A DNA stretch of 64,000 nt from Pseudomonadota bacterium (GTDB lineage: Bacteria; Pseudomonadota; Gammaproteobacteria; Steroidobacterales; Woeseiaceae). Under the pieces are notes generated by a model that worked only from the letters and a program-made list of their open reading frames with translations, made no database searches and was not told the DNA's origin. How positions within the stretch are numbered: the first letter of the stretch is position 1; every line of letters starts with the position of its first letter. A program made the position numbers and the translations under genes. Below are positions 1-9,186 of this stretch, in pieces. The stretch is taken from positions 296-64,295 of the forward strand of contig JADFSP010000005.1 of the NCBI GenBank assembly GCA_022560695.1, given 5' to 3'.

Positions 1-37
1 GTAGAGCCTCGTTGTCTATGGAGCTCGTCACGATCTC

Positions 38-646
38 TCACCTCTGCTGGTCGGGCAGCGCGGCGATACCGGGAAGCTCCTTGCCCTCCAGGTACTCCAG
101 GGCCGCGCCTCCGCCCGTGGAAACATGGCTCATTTTATCCCCCAGCCCCAGGGCCTCCACCGCCTCGGCGGTCGAGCCTCCGCCTACCACCGAAACGGCA
201 TCGCTCTCCGCGATGGCCCGGGCCACTTGCTCGGTGCCTGAACGAAATGCAGGTCGCTCGAACACCCCCATAGGCCCATTCCATATGATAGTCTTACAGC
301 CTTTCAGCGCCGTGCCGAAGCTGGCGGCGGTAGCAGGGCCAATATCCGCCACTCGCCACCCCTGGGGTACGGCTCGAACCTCTACCGTACGCCACGAACT
401 GTCTTCTGGGCCCAGGCTCTTGGCTACCGTCACATCTTGCGGCAGGAGCACCTGCATGCCCCGCGCGCTTGCCTGCCTCAAGAAAGCGGCAGCGAATTCT
501 AGCCGGTCCTCTTCAACCGCCGAGGCGCCCATGTCGTAGCCCTGTGCTTTGAGAAAGGTGGAGGCCATGGCACCACCGATGCAAATGCGGTCCACCTTTC
601 CCACCAGGTTGTCCAGGCCTGGTAGTCGCGCTCCCGGGCTGCCACA
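38..646 (-). pseudogene. pgk: phosphoglycerate kinase, C-terminal half only (5' half of gene absent)
   Basis: Translation LDNLVGKVDRICIGGAMASTF...IIWNGPMGVFE...STGGGAALEYLEGKELPG matches the C-terminal domain of PGK. The frame is closed by TGA at 656-658 and no N-terminal domain lies upstream. Confidence 0.8.
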
Positions 647-657
647 AGCTTGCCGTC

Positions 658-801
658 AGGAGCGGCGAAAAACACCGCCTCCAGTTCGGAGACCGACTCC
701 AGGTCTCCGAATAGATCGGCGAAGGCGTCCATGAGACCACGCAAAGCCTCCGGCGGAAGCTCTTCGGTGCCGATTTCGACGAGCAGGTCGGCCGGCTTCA
801 T
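658..801 (-). pseudogene. glyS: glycyl-tRNA synthetase beta subunit, first ~48 codons only
   Basis: [23 protein letters not shown]...FFAAP matches the GlyS N-terminus. The start overlaps the glyQ stop (ATGA). Similarity ends after FAAP near 658, and the frame then runs out of frame through pgk sequence. Confidence 0.75.
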
Positions 802-1742
802 TCAGCGTGCCCAGCATCGCCGACAGAGGCCGCCATCGGGAATCCCAGTGCTTCGCGGCTCTGGAAATATGCCGCGGCGACGGCACGGGCCATCGATCGA
901 ACGCGCAGGATGAAGCGTTGTCTTTCGCTGACCGAAATGGCCTGGCGCGCGTCGAGCAAGTTAAACGCGTGTGACGCGGCGAGCATCTGCTCGTAGGCGG
1001 GCAGCGCGAGATTCAAGTCAATGAGCCGCTCGCACTCATGCTCGGCGTGATCAAACGCGGAAAACAGATAATCGACATCGGCCACCTCGAAGTTGTACCT
1101 GGATTGCTCAACTTCATTTTGTCGATAGACATCGCCGTAGCTTATTCGTCCGAGCGGCCCATCGGTCCAGACAATATCGAAAATGCTTTCGACGTTTTGC
1201 AAATACATGGCGAGACGTTCGAGGCCATAGGTAATTTCGCCAGTGACCGGGCGGCACTCCAGGCCACCGACTTGCTGGAAATAGGTGAATTGGGTGACTT
1301 CCATGCCATTGAGCCACACTTCCCAGCCGAGCCCCCACGCGCCCAGCGTGGGCGATTCCCAGTTATCTTCGACGAAACGGATGTCGTGCACCTTCGGGTC
1401 GATTCCGATGGCGCGCAGCGAGTCGAGATAGAGGTCCTGGATGTCGTCCGGCGAGGGCTTGATAACGACCTGGTATTGATAGTAGTGCTGCAGCCGGAAC
1501 GGGTTATCGCCGTAACGGCCATCTGTCGGGCGGCGGCTGGGCTGGACGTAAGCTGCGCTCCATGGTTCCGGACCGATGGCCCGCAAAAATGTCGCCGGGT
1601 GGAACGTGCCGGCACCCATTTCCTTGTCGTAGGGCTGCATGATGACGCAGCCGCGCTCCGCCCAGTATTGCTGCAGCTTGAAAATCAGATCCTGAAAGTT
1701 AAGGCTTGCAGGTGCTTTGTCGGCACGCATCTGGGGCGTCAC
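798..1742 (-). CDS. glyQ: glycyl-tRNA synthetase alpha subunit
   Basis: 314 aa; [17 protein letters not shown]...[26 protein letters not shown]-type GlyQ signature along the full length. Confidence 0.95.
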   Translation of the reverse strand: MTPQMRADKAPASLNFQDLIFKLQQYWAERGCVIMQPYDKEMGAGTFHPATFLRAIGPEPWSAAYVQPSRRPTDGRYGDNPFRLQHYYQYQVVIKPSPDDIQDLYLDSLRAIGIDPKVHDIRFVEDNWESPTLGAWGLGWEVWLNGMEVTQFTYFQQVGGLECRPVTGEITYGLERLAMYLQNVESIFDIVWTDGPLGRISYGDVYRQNEVEQSRYNFEVADVDYLFSAFDHAEHECERLIDLNLALPAYEQMLAASHAFNLLDARQAISVSERQRFILRVRSMARAVAAAYFQSREALGFPMAASVGDAGHAE

Positions 1743-1906
1743 GGTGTGTCAAAGGCGCGAAGTATAACGATTTTCCCGCCGGAAGAATCCAGGTACGGGC
1801 GCTATTGTCCGTCTTTATTCCGGGCCAGGAAAGTCTTTCGCCGGCAATCAACCCCGGGGCCGGGGCCGGGCACCGCATGAGCCGGGTTGGCAGGACCGCG
1901 GCAAAG

Positions 1907-1923
1907 CGCACCCATGTGGTGCA
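1907..1923 (+). promoter_or_regulatory. NtrC enhancer site (cGCACC-N5-GGTGCA)
   Basis: 16/17 match to the TGCACC-N5-GGTGCA dyad, about 100 bp upstream of the sigma-54 promoter of glnA. Confidence 0.6.
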
Positions 1924-1937
1924 ACGTCAAGCGGTTT

Positions 1938-1954
1938 TGCTCTAGAATGGTGCA
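1938..1954 (+). promoter_or_regulatory. second, weaker NtrC-like site (TGCtCt-N5-GGTGCA)
   Basis: The right half-site is perfect and the left is degenerate. Its centre lies 31 bp from the first site, similar to the paired enhancer sites at enterobacterial glnAp2. Confidence 0.45.
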
Positions 1955-2016
1955 GAGCGAAGCAGGCCGCAACAGAACAACGCTTGCAAAACAGTGGCTT
2001 GGTCGCGGTGCCGCAT

Positions 2017-2032
2017 TGGCATGCTTCATGCA
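2017..2032 (+). promoter_or_regulatory. sigma-54 (-24/-12) promoter of glnA
   Basis: TGGCATgcttcaTGCA against the consensus TGGCAC-N5-TTGCW, with correct GG/GC spacing, about 67 nt upstream of the glnA ATG. Confidence 0.6.
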
Positions 2033-2098
2033 GTAACAGGTCAATCAAGCCAGCAAGCGCTGGCTGTTTTTGTGTACATCGATTTTGGAGGATATTTC

Positions 2099-3508
2099 AT
2101 GAAGCCTGCAGAGGTACTCGCCCTGATCAAAGACAAGGGGGTCAAATTCGTCGACTTTCGGTTTACCGACACGATCGGCAAAGAACAACACATCACGGTA
2201 CCTGCCCATACGGTCGATGAGGACCTGTTCGAGGACGGCAAGATGTTCGACGGCTCATCGATTGCCGGATGGAAGGGCATCGACGAGTCCGACATGATTC
2301 TGCTGCCCGATGCGGCATCCGCGGTTCTGGATGTGTTCACCGACGAGGAAACACTCAATCTGCGCTGCGACGTTATCGAGCCAACGACCATGCAGGGTTA
2401 CGATCGCTGCCCGCGCTTGCTGGCCGGACGTGCGGAGGCGTATCTGAAATCGACGGGTGTCGCGGATACGGCCTATTTCGGGCCGGAGAACGAATTCTTC
2501 GTATTCGACCATGTGTCCTGGGACGACTCGATACAGGGCGCGTCCTACAGGGTCGATTCCGAAGAGGGCGCCTGGAATTCGGGCCGCAGCTACGAGGACG
2601 GCAACACCGGCCACCGCCCGACGATAAAAGGCGGCTACTTCCCGGTGCCGCCCGTCGACTCACTGCATGATATTCGGTCGGCCATGTGCCTGGCGATGGA
2701 GGACATGGGCCTGACGACAGAGGTTCACCATCACGAGGTCGCGACGGCGGGCCAATGCGAGATCGGCGTCAAGTTCGGCACGCTGGTACGCAAGGCGGAC
2801 GAAGTGCAGATCCTGAAGTATGTCGTGCATAACGTCGCGCACGCATACGGCAAAACGGCGACGTTCATGCCCAAGCCGCTGGTCAGTGACAATGGCAACG
2901 GCATGCACGTGCACCAGTCGCTGACCAAAAAGGGCAAGAACCTGTTTGCCGGCGATGGCTATGGCGGCCTGTCAGATATGGCGCTTCACTACATTGGCGG
3001 CATCATCAGACACGTCAAGGCCATCAACGCCTTCGCGAATCCGGCCACCAACAGTTACAAGCGCCTGGTGCCGGGATTCGAGGCGCCGACGATACTCGCA
3101 TACTCCGCAAGTAACCGATCGGCATCGATTCGTATCCCGTACGATTCGAACCCGAATGGGCGACGTATCGAAATTCGCTTTCCGGACGCTATGGCGAATC
3201 CGTACCTCGCATTCTCCGCGATGTTGCTGGCGGGCCTCGACGGCGTATTGAACAAGATTCATCCCGGTGACGCGATTGACAAAGATCTCTACGATTTGCC
3301 GCCGGAAGAGGAAAAAGATCTCGATGTCGTGGCACTTTCGCTCGAGGAGGCGCTGGCCGCGCTCGACGAAGATCGCGCCTTCCTGAGGGCCGGAGACGTG
3401 TTCGGTGACGGCCTTATCGACGCGTATATCGACCTCAAGATGGAAAACGTCACACGACTCCGGATGACAACGCATCCGGTGGAATTTGATATGTACTACA
3501 GCCTGTAA
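2099..3508 (+). CDS. glnA: glutamine synthetase type I
   Basis: The internal ATG at 2099 is preceded by [30 protein letters not shown]... and the remaining GS-I motifs are present. 469 aa. Confidence 0.95.
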   Translation: MKPAEVLALIKDKGVKFVDFRFTDTIGKEQHITVPAHTVDEDLFEDGKMFDGSSIAGWKGIDESDMILLPDAASAVLDVFTDEETLNLRCDVIEPTTMQGYDRCPRLLAGRAEAYLKSTGVADTAYFGPENEFFVFDHVSWDDSIQGASYRVDSEEGAWNSGRSYEDGNTGHRPTIKGGYFPVPPVDSLHDIRSAMCLAMEDMGLTTEVHHHEVATAGQCEIGVKFGTLVRKADEVQILKYVVHNVAHAYGKTATFMPKPLVSDNGNGMHVHQSLTKKGKNLFAGDGYGGLSDMALHYIGGIIRHVKAINAFANPATNSYKRLVPGFEAPTILAYSASNRSASIRIPYDSNPNGRRIEIRFPDAMANPYLAFSAMLLAGLDGVLNKIHPGDAIDKDLYDLPPEEEKDLDVVALSLEEALAALDEDRAFLRAGDVFGDGLIDAYIDLKMENVTRLRMTTHPVEFDMYYSL

Positions 3509-3589
3509 AGGCGCCAAAAGTGTGACGTCGGCGACATTATGTCGTCCCGTCACTGGCTCGAATCCGGTCTACGCTGTTATGCTAATTAC

Positions 3590-4129
3590 ATGGAATCACG
3601 CCCGATTTTCGTTCTTCTCAGCCTTCTGGCGGCGTCCGCGGTCTTGGCGCAAGCCTATCGCTGGGTGGATGACGACGGCATTACGCATTATTCGGACCGT
3701 CCGCACGAAGGGGCCGAGAAGTTCGAGCTGCTGAAATACGATCGGCCACCGCCGGCGCCGCGCAAAAGGACAACCCAGCCGGCTCCGTTCCAGACACTCG
3801 AACAGCTGCAGCAGGAACAGGCCCGGTTTCGCTACGAAGTGCTGCGCATCTCAGCGCCCGGCGCGGAAGAGACGCTATGGAATATCGGCGGCACCCTGAA
3901 CGTCTCGCTGGCCGTGACCCCGGCGTTGCAACCCGGCCACCGGGTGCGAGTCTATTTCGACGGGAAGGCGCAGTTCGTGAACGGAGCAACATTCCAGCTG
4001 CAGGAAGTCTGGCGTGGTGTCCACAATCTGCAGGTTGAGATACTCGACGAAACCGGCAAGCTGATGATTCGCAGTCAGCCGAATCGTTTCTATGTGCAGC
4101 AGAACACCGTGACACAGCGGACGCCGTAA
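3590..4129 (+). CDS. DUF4124-like secreted protein
   Basis: Signal peptide followed by YRWVDDDGITHYSDRP, the DUF4124 hallmark. Same position between glnA and ntrB as in pseudomonads. Confidence 0.7.
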   Translation: MESRPIFVLLSLLAASAVLAQAYRWVDDDGITHYSDRPHEGAEKFELLKYDRPPPAPRKRTTQPAPFQTLEQLQQEQARFRYEVLRISAPGAEETLWNIGGTLNVSLAVTPALQPGHRVRVYFDGKAQFVNGATFQLQEVWRGVHNLQVEILDETGKLMIRSQPNRFYVQQNTVTQRTP

Positions 4130-4162
4130 GCGCCGAATTACGTACAAGGGGCTCCGGCGGCG

Positions 4163-5228
4163 GTGGGATCATCCGCCGGGAATCACGCAATATCCTCGAT
4201 AGTCTGAGTTCGGGAGTCATTCTGCTCGATCAGAATTTGCTGATCGTCGGCCTGAACCCGGCAGCAGAGAACATACTCGGCATCAGCGCACGTCGTGCGT
4301 ACGGTGAATCGCTGCAGCGGCTGGTCGACGACGAACCTGAGCTGCGAGACATCCTGAGTCGCGCCCTCGCGACGGGCGATCAATATGCGATGGAGCTGCG
4401 CCTGGGACCCACCGAAGTTCATGCCGACGAGCGCATTGTCGACTGCCACGTATCGCTAATTGTGAGCCAGGAGGCGAGCCTGCTCATCGAAATGACGGAC
4501 GTGACGCGGCGCGCCCGGATCAGCCGCGAAAACACCCTGCTCATTCAGTACGGCGCTGGACGACAGATGATTCGACGGCTGGCGCACGAAATAAAAAATC
4601 CGTCGGGGGCATTCGGGGGGCCGCGCAGTTACTCGAGCGGCAGCTTGTCGATGACGAACTCAAGGAATACACGCAAGTCGTCATCAGCGAGACCGATCGT
4701 CTTGCCGGGCTTGTCGATACGTTGTTGGGCCCGGGCGGACCACCGAACAAACAGCCTGTGAACGCGCATGAACTGATCGAGTACGTCGTCAAAATCGTTG
4801 CCGCCGAGGTCGGCAAGGGCGTGAAAATCGGGCGCGACTATGATCCCGGCCTGCCACAGATAAGCCTCGATCGAGATCAGCTTGTGCAGGCACTTGTCAA
4901 TCTGTTGCAAAATGCAGCCACGGCGCTTGATGGCCAGGGCCCGATAACGGTGCGTAGCCGCGCGGTCACAAATTTCACGATCGGCAATACGCACCACCGC
5001 GTCATCGCCAGCATCGAAATCGAGGACGACGGTCCGGGCATACCGATGGAGTTGCAAGGCTCGGTGTTTTACCCGCTCGTAACGGGCAACCCGCAAGGCA
5101 CGGGCCTTGGATTGCAAACGGCCCAGGAACTCGTCAGCCGTCATGGCGGGTTGATTGAGTTCGACAGCAGGCCGGGCCGCACCGTGTTTTATGTGCGCAT
5201 ACCGCTCGAGCAGAAGGACCCTGACTGA
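4163..5228 (+). pseudogene. glnL: nitrogen regulation sensor kinase NtrB, frameshifted
   Basis: PAS region (ILDSLSSGVILLDQNLLIVGLNPAAENILG) and H-box (LAHEIKNP) are in frame 1. The expected continuation GGIRGAAQLLERQL...ETDRLAGLVDTLLGP and the ATP-binding domain resume in frame 0 from 4605. One nucleotide is missing at 4603-4604, next to a G run. There is also no ATG/GTG/TTG in frame upstream of the PAS region. Confidence 0.8.
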
Positions 5229-5229
5229 G

Positions 5230-5455
5230 ATGGCGCGCTACGCAAGAGTGGACGCGCAGCCTGGCGGCCTGGGCCGAGCGGTAAATGAATTCAGGGACGA
5301 CCCCACTTTTGAATCTGGCGCTGCCCGAGTTCGATAAGACCTTGATTCGAATCGCACTGAGCCAGACAAAAGGCCACCGTCAGGACGCGGCCAAACTGCT
5401 TGGCTGGGGCCGCAGTACCCTGGCGCGCAAAATGAAAGTGCTGCATCTGGATTAG
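5230..5455 (+). pseudogene. glnG: NtrC remnant: start region joined to the C-terminal ~70 codons (receiver and AAA+ domains missing)
   Basis: EWTRSLAAWAER, in-frame TAA (5282), then MNSGTTPLLNLALPEFDKTLIRIALSQTKGHRQDAAKLLGWGRSTLARKMKVLHLD. This aligns with the extreme C-terminus of NtrC (WADRAL...QGHKQEAARLLGWGRNTLTRKLKELG). Only about 225 bp occupy the place of a gene of about 1.4 kb. Confidence 0.8.
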
Positions 5456-5463
5456 CGGGGTTT

Positions 5464-5546
5464 GGTAGCAGGTGGGGGAGTTATTCTGCGGAAGTAAAGC
5501 GCAGCGCAGCGAGCCATGACGCAGAATAACTCCCCCACCTGCTACC
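5464..5546. repeat. perfect 27-bp inverted repeat with 29-nt loop
   Basis: ggtagcaggtgggggagttattctgcg (5464-5490) is the exact reverse complement of 5520-5546. It lies between the convergent ntrC remnant and the pyrD-like gene. Confidence 0.9.
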
Positions 5547-5602
5547 CAAGTCGAAGGCAGTGCGATTGGCGAGGCAACGATTATTCGCGGAGTGTCCCTG
5601 CG

Positions 5603-6556
5603 CTAGAGAGCCAGCGTTCCGACTAACCCGGCAACCGATGACATTTCATGTCGCTTTAAATAGTCGCTAATGCCGGCATTGATCTTCACGCAAACCAGAG
5701 GATCGTAAAACAGCGCGGTGCCGACGCCGACGGTCGTTGCGCCGGCGATAAGGAACTCGAGCGCGTCCTCCGCTGTCACGATGCCACCCTGGCCGATGAT
5801 CGGCACATTGTGTGGTCCGGCCACTTCATACACTTCTTGTACCTTGAGCAGCGCGATCGGTTTGATGGCTGGTCCTGACAGGCCGCCGTGCACGTTGCCG
5901 ATGACGGGCTTGCGGCGTTCGACGTCGATCGCCATGCCCGTCACGGTATTGATGACAGCTAGTCCGTCGGACCCGGCTTCGATGCAAAGACGCGCATTCT
6001 CGCGTATGTCGGTCTGATTCGGCGACAGTTTGGTGATGATCGGTTTGCTCGTCTGTGCGCGACACGCCTCGACCACGCGGGCCGACATCTCCGGAACATT
6101 ACCGAATTGCACGCCGCCTTCCTTGATGTTCGGACATGAAATGTTGATTTCGATTGCGTCAATTGCCGAGTCGTCGAAACGTCGTGTTACCGCGGCATAG
6201 TCTTCGATCGTCGATCCACAGACGTTGGCCATGAAGCGGGTCTCGCTGAAGTCCAGGCCCGGCAGGATTTCGTCAACGACCGTGTCGACGCCCGGATTTT
6301 GCAGGCCGATCGCATTGAGCATGCCCATCGGAGTTTCAGAGATACGGTGTGGCGAATTGCCGAGCCGGGGCTCGAGCGTCGTCCCCTTGAGAACGACGGC
6401 GCCCACGTCGCGATTGGAAAAGCCCTTGACGCGCGTGTACTCCTCGCCGAAGCCGACACAGCCCGACAGCAACACGATCGGCGAGTCCATCGACAGGCCG
6501 CAATAGTCAATTCGCAAGCAGTCGTTGTTGAAGTCTGTGGCCTGGGCCATCGTCAA
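5603..6556 (-). CDS. class 1 dihydroorotate dehydrogenase-like flavoprotein (PyrD 1A/1B or DPD-B family)
   Basis: 317 aa. Motifs NAIGLQNPG, IEINISCPN (Cys catalytic base, class 1), GGLSGPAIKPIAL and GGI..AEDALEFLIAGA. Confidence 0.8.
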   Translation of the reverse strand: MTMAQATDFNNDCLRIDYCGLSMDSPIVLLSGCVGFGEEYTRVKGFSNRDVGAVVLKGTTLEPRLGNSPHRISETPMGMLNAIGLQNPGVDTVVDEILPGLDFSETRFMANVCGSTIEDYAAVTRRFDDSAIDAIEINISCPNIKEGGVQFGNVPEMSARVVEACRAQTSKPIITKLSPNQTDIRENARLCIEAGSDGLAVINTVTGMAIDVERRKPVIGNVHGGLSGPAIKPIALLKVQEVYEVAGPHNVPIIGQGGIVTAEDALEFLIAGATTVGVGTALFYDPLVCVKINAGISDYLKRHEMSSVAGLVGTLAL

Positions 6557-6664
6557 GGGCTGTCCCGATAATTAACGATAATCATGCGATGCGGCATTCT
6601 ACAGGCTCAAATCAGGCACTACATCCCGTGGAATTCCGCGTGTACGGCAACGGGTACCCACGCG

Positions 6665-8500
6665 CTACTGGTAGCCCCTCGCCTGCAGCGTGAACAGGTG
6701 TGCGTACACTCCGCCGAGCTCGAGCAGGCTGGTGTGGTCGCCACGTTCCACAATTGCGCCACTCCGCATGACAACGATCTGGTTGGCAGCGCGCACGGTA
6801 GAGAAACGATGGGAGATGAGAATGGTCATCTTGGTCGCACTTGCGTTTCGAAAATGATCGAATATGGCGGCCTCCGAGGCTGCGTCCATTGCCGCGGTCG
6901 GCTCGTCGAGAACCAGTATGTCGGCGTCGCTACGCATGAAGGCCCGGGACAATGCGATTTTCTGCCACTCCCCGCCCGACAATTCGCGCCCGCCCTTGAA
7001 CCAGCGTCCCAGCTGGGTCTCGTAGCCGTCGGGCATCTCTTCGATAAAGGGCGCCGCCATCCCGGTTTTGGCCGCTACCGCCCAGCGCTCGGCGTCGTCG
7101 ATATAACGGACATCACCCGCACCGATGTTTTCTCCGACAGAGAATTGATAGCGGCCAAAGTCCTGAAAAATAACGCCGATTCGCTGGCGCAGCGCATCGA
7201 TATCCCAGTCGTTCAGGTCGAGGCCGTCCAGCAGGATGTTGCCGCCGGTCGGCTCATAAAGCCGGGCGATCAGCTTGATCAGCGTCGTCTTGCCTGAACC
7301 GTTTTCGCCGACCAGGGCCAGGCTGTCGCCCGGTCGGATGTTGAGGTCTATGTTGCTGATTGCCGGCCGCGACGCGCCCGGGTATGTGAACGACACGTTC
7401 CTGAGTTCGAGGCCAAGCTTCGGCTCCGGCCCGCGGACAAGCCGCCCGCTGCGTTGCTGCACCTCCTGGCCAAGGTACTCATACAGGTTGGACAGGTACA
7501 GATTGTCTTCATACATGCCGCTGATCGAGGACAATATGGCGGCGACCGCCGTCTGACCCTGTCTGAACAGCAGCAGGTACATGGTCATTGCACCCAGCGT
7601 AATTTCAGCGTTGATCGTGGCGGTTACGATCCAGATGTAAGCACCGTAGAACGCTCCGGTCGAAATCAGGCCGAGTGCGAAGCCCCAGCCGTCTCGACGC
7701 AGTGTCAGGCGTCGATCCTCGGCAAACAACTTGTGGAAGATGTCCTGATATCGTTGCAGCAGCCGCGGCCCAAGCTGAAACAGTTTGACTTCCTTGACCC
7801 CGTCCTCCCTGGCGATCACGGTTTCGAGGTACATCTGCATGCGGGTGTCCGGGGAGCGCCAGCGAAACAGCTTGAAGGCATCCCCGGAAAACTTTGCCTC
7901 GGCAATGAACGCCGGCAAACCGGCGCCCATCAGGATAACGACTGCCCACGGGGAGAAGGTGAACAGCAACACGGCATAACTCGTTAGTGAAATGCTGTTT
8001 TGAACCAGGCCAAAAGTGCGATTGACCAGGCTGAGCGGCCGAGTCGATGCCTCACGCCGCGCTTGTGTCAGCTTGTCGTAGAACTCCGAGTCCTCGAAAT
8101 GCGCGAGCTGCAACGTCAGCGCCTTTTCAAGAATCATGACATTGACGCGCTGCCCGAGGAGTGCGCGCAGCAAGGACTGGCTTGCCGACAGGCCACGCTG
8201 ACTGGCCGCGACCGCCGTGACGACGAGGGCTTCGAGCACAACCAGCCACAAGATCCGGCGGGTGTCCGGCGAGTCGGATGACATCGCGGCCACAACCCCG
8301 TCGACGATGAGCTGCCCGATATAAGCGATCGCGGCAGGCAGTACGCCAGCGATCACGGTCAGGATAGCCAGCGTGAAGGTCAGGAACCGGCTCGTCGTCC
8401 AGACGAGCGTCATGGCGCGACGGCTGTACCCGAACACGCCCAGCGCACGCTGCAAAAACTTCACCGGACGTTCGTCCGTGATTGGTACGGCGTGAATCAT
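6665..8500 (-). CDS. ABC exporter, fused permease/ATPase (MsbA-like family)
   Basis: 611 aa. Six-TM N-terminal half, then Walker A GENGSGKTT, signature LSGGEWQKIALSRA and Walker B ILVLDEP. Confidence 0.85.
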   Translation of the reverse strand: MIHAVPITDERPVKFLQRALGVFGYSRRAMTLVWTTSRFLTFTLAILTVIAGVLPAAIAYIGQLIVDGVVAAMSSDSPDTRRILWLVVLEALVVTAVAASQRGLSASQSLLRALLGQRVNVMILEKALTLQLAHFEDSEFYDKLTQARREASTRPLSLVNRTFGLVQNSISLTSYAVLLFTFSPWAVVILMGAGLPAFIAEAKFSGDAFKLFRWRSPDTRMQMYLETVIAREDGVKEVKLFQLGPRLLQRYQDIFHKLFAEDRRLTLRRDGWGFALGLISTGAFYGAYIWIVTATINAEITLGAMTMYLLLFRQGQTAVAAILSSISGMYEDNLYLSNLYEYLGQEVQQRSGRLVRGPEPKLGLELRNVSFTYPGASRPAISNIDLNIRPGDSLALVGENGSGKTTLIKLIARLYEPTGGNILLDGLDLNDWDIDALRQRIGVIFQDFGRYQFSVGENIGAGDVRYIDDAERWAVAAKTGMAAPFIEEMPDGYETQLGRWFKGGRELSGGEWQKIALSRAFMRSDADILVLDEPTAAMDAASEAAIFDHFRNASATKMTILISHRFSTVRAANQIVVMRSGAIVERGDHTSLLELGGVYAHLFTLQARGYQ

Positions 8501-8709
8501 TGCAACTTCGGCGGGAGGTCAGCGATCGTCATGTGCTTGTTTCTACTTGCTACCGGGCCAAGGTGCAACTTGCGTGGGCGCCCGACGGGCGAAAATCGAA
8601 AGTCAGTCCCGCAGACATTGTTTCGGTTGCTCAGGACAGTCCGGCCGCCTCGGCACTTGCGACATGGACGATGTGCCGGAACGCTGCGCGGATACACTAC
8701 ACTCGGATA

Positions 8710-9186
8710 ATGTTCAGCCTGATTCTGTACGAACCCGAGATCCCGCCCAACACGGGCAATATCATTCGTCTGTGCGCAAACACGGGCGTCAGACTGCATC
8801 TTGTCGAGCCGCTGGGTTTTGAACTCGACGAGCCGCGCCTCAAGCGTGCCGGCCTGGATTACCGTGAGTTTGCACAGGTGACGACGCACTCGTCGCTCGA
8901 CAAATGTCTGGATGCTTTGGAAAGTCCGAGGGTGTTCGCGCTGAGCACTCGCGGCCAGACGTGTCATGACACTCCGGTCTATGCAGCGCACGACGCATTC
9001 CTGCTGGGCCCGGAAACGCGCGGCCTTCCCGCCGAGGTGCTTGAATCGTTACCACCCGAACAACGGCTCAGACTGCCGTTGCGCAAGGGCAGCCGCAGTC
9101 TGAACCTGTCGAACGTTGCCGCTGTCATTATCTACGAGGCGTGGCGGCAGCTCGACTTCGAGGGTGCCGTGCGATCGGGCGGCTAG
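8710..9186 (+). CDS. trmL: tRNA (cytidine/uridine-2'-O)-methyltransferase TrmL
   Basis: MFSLILYEPEIPPNTGNIIRLCANTG...SLNLSNVAAVIIYEAWRQ SPOUT motifs. Internal ATG at 8710. Confidence 0.85.
   Translation: MFSLILYEPEIPPNTGNIIRLCANTGVRLHLVEPLGFELDEPRLKRAGLDYREFAQVTTHSSLDKCLDALESPRVFALSTRGQTCHDTPVYAAHDAFLLGPETRGLPAEVLESLPPEQRLRLPLRKGSRSLNLSNVAAVIIYEAWRQLDFEGAVRSGG

Noticed and set aside
648-653. HindIII site (AAGCTT) exactly at the glyS/pgk breakpoint, as a hint of a cloning artefact
   Set aside because: A single 6-bp site can occur by chance and there is no vector sequence. It is noted only as something to bear in mind when checking the junction.
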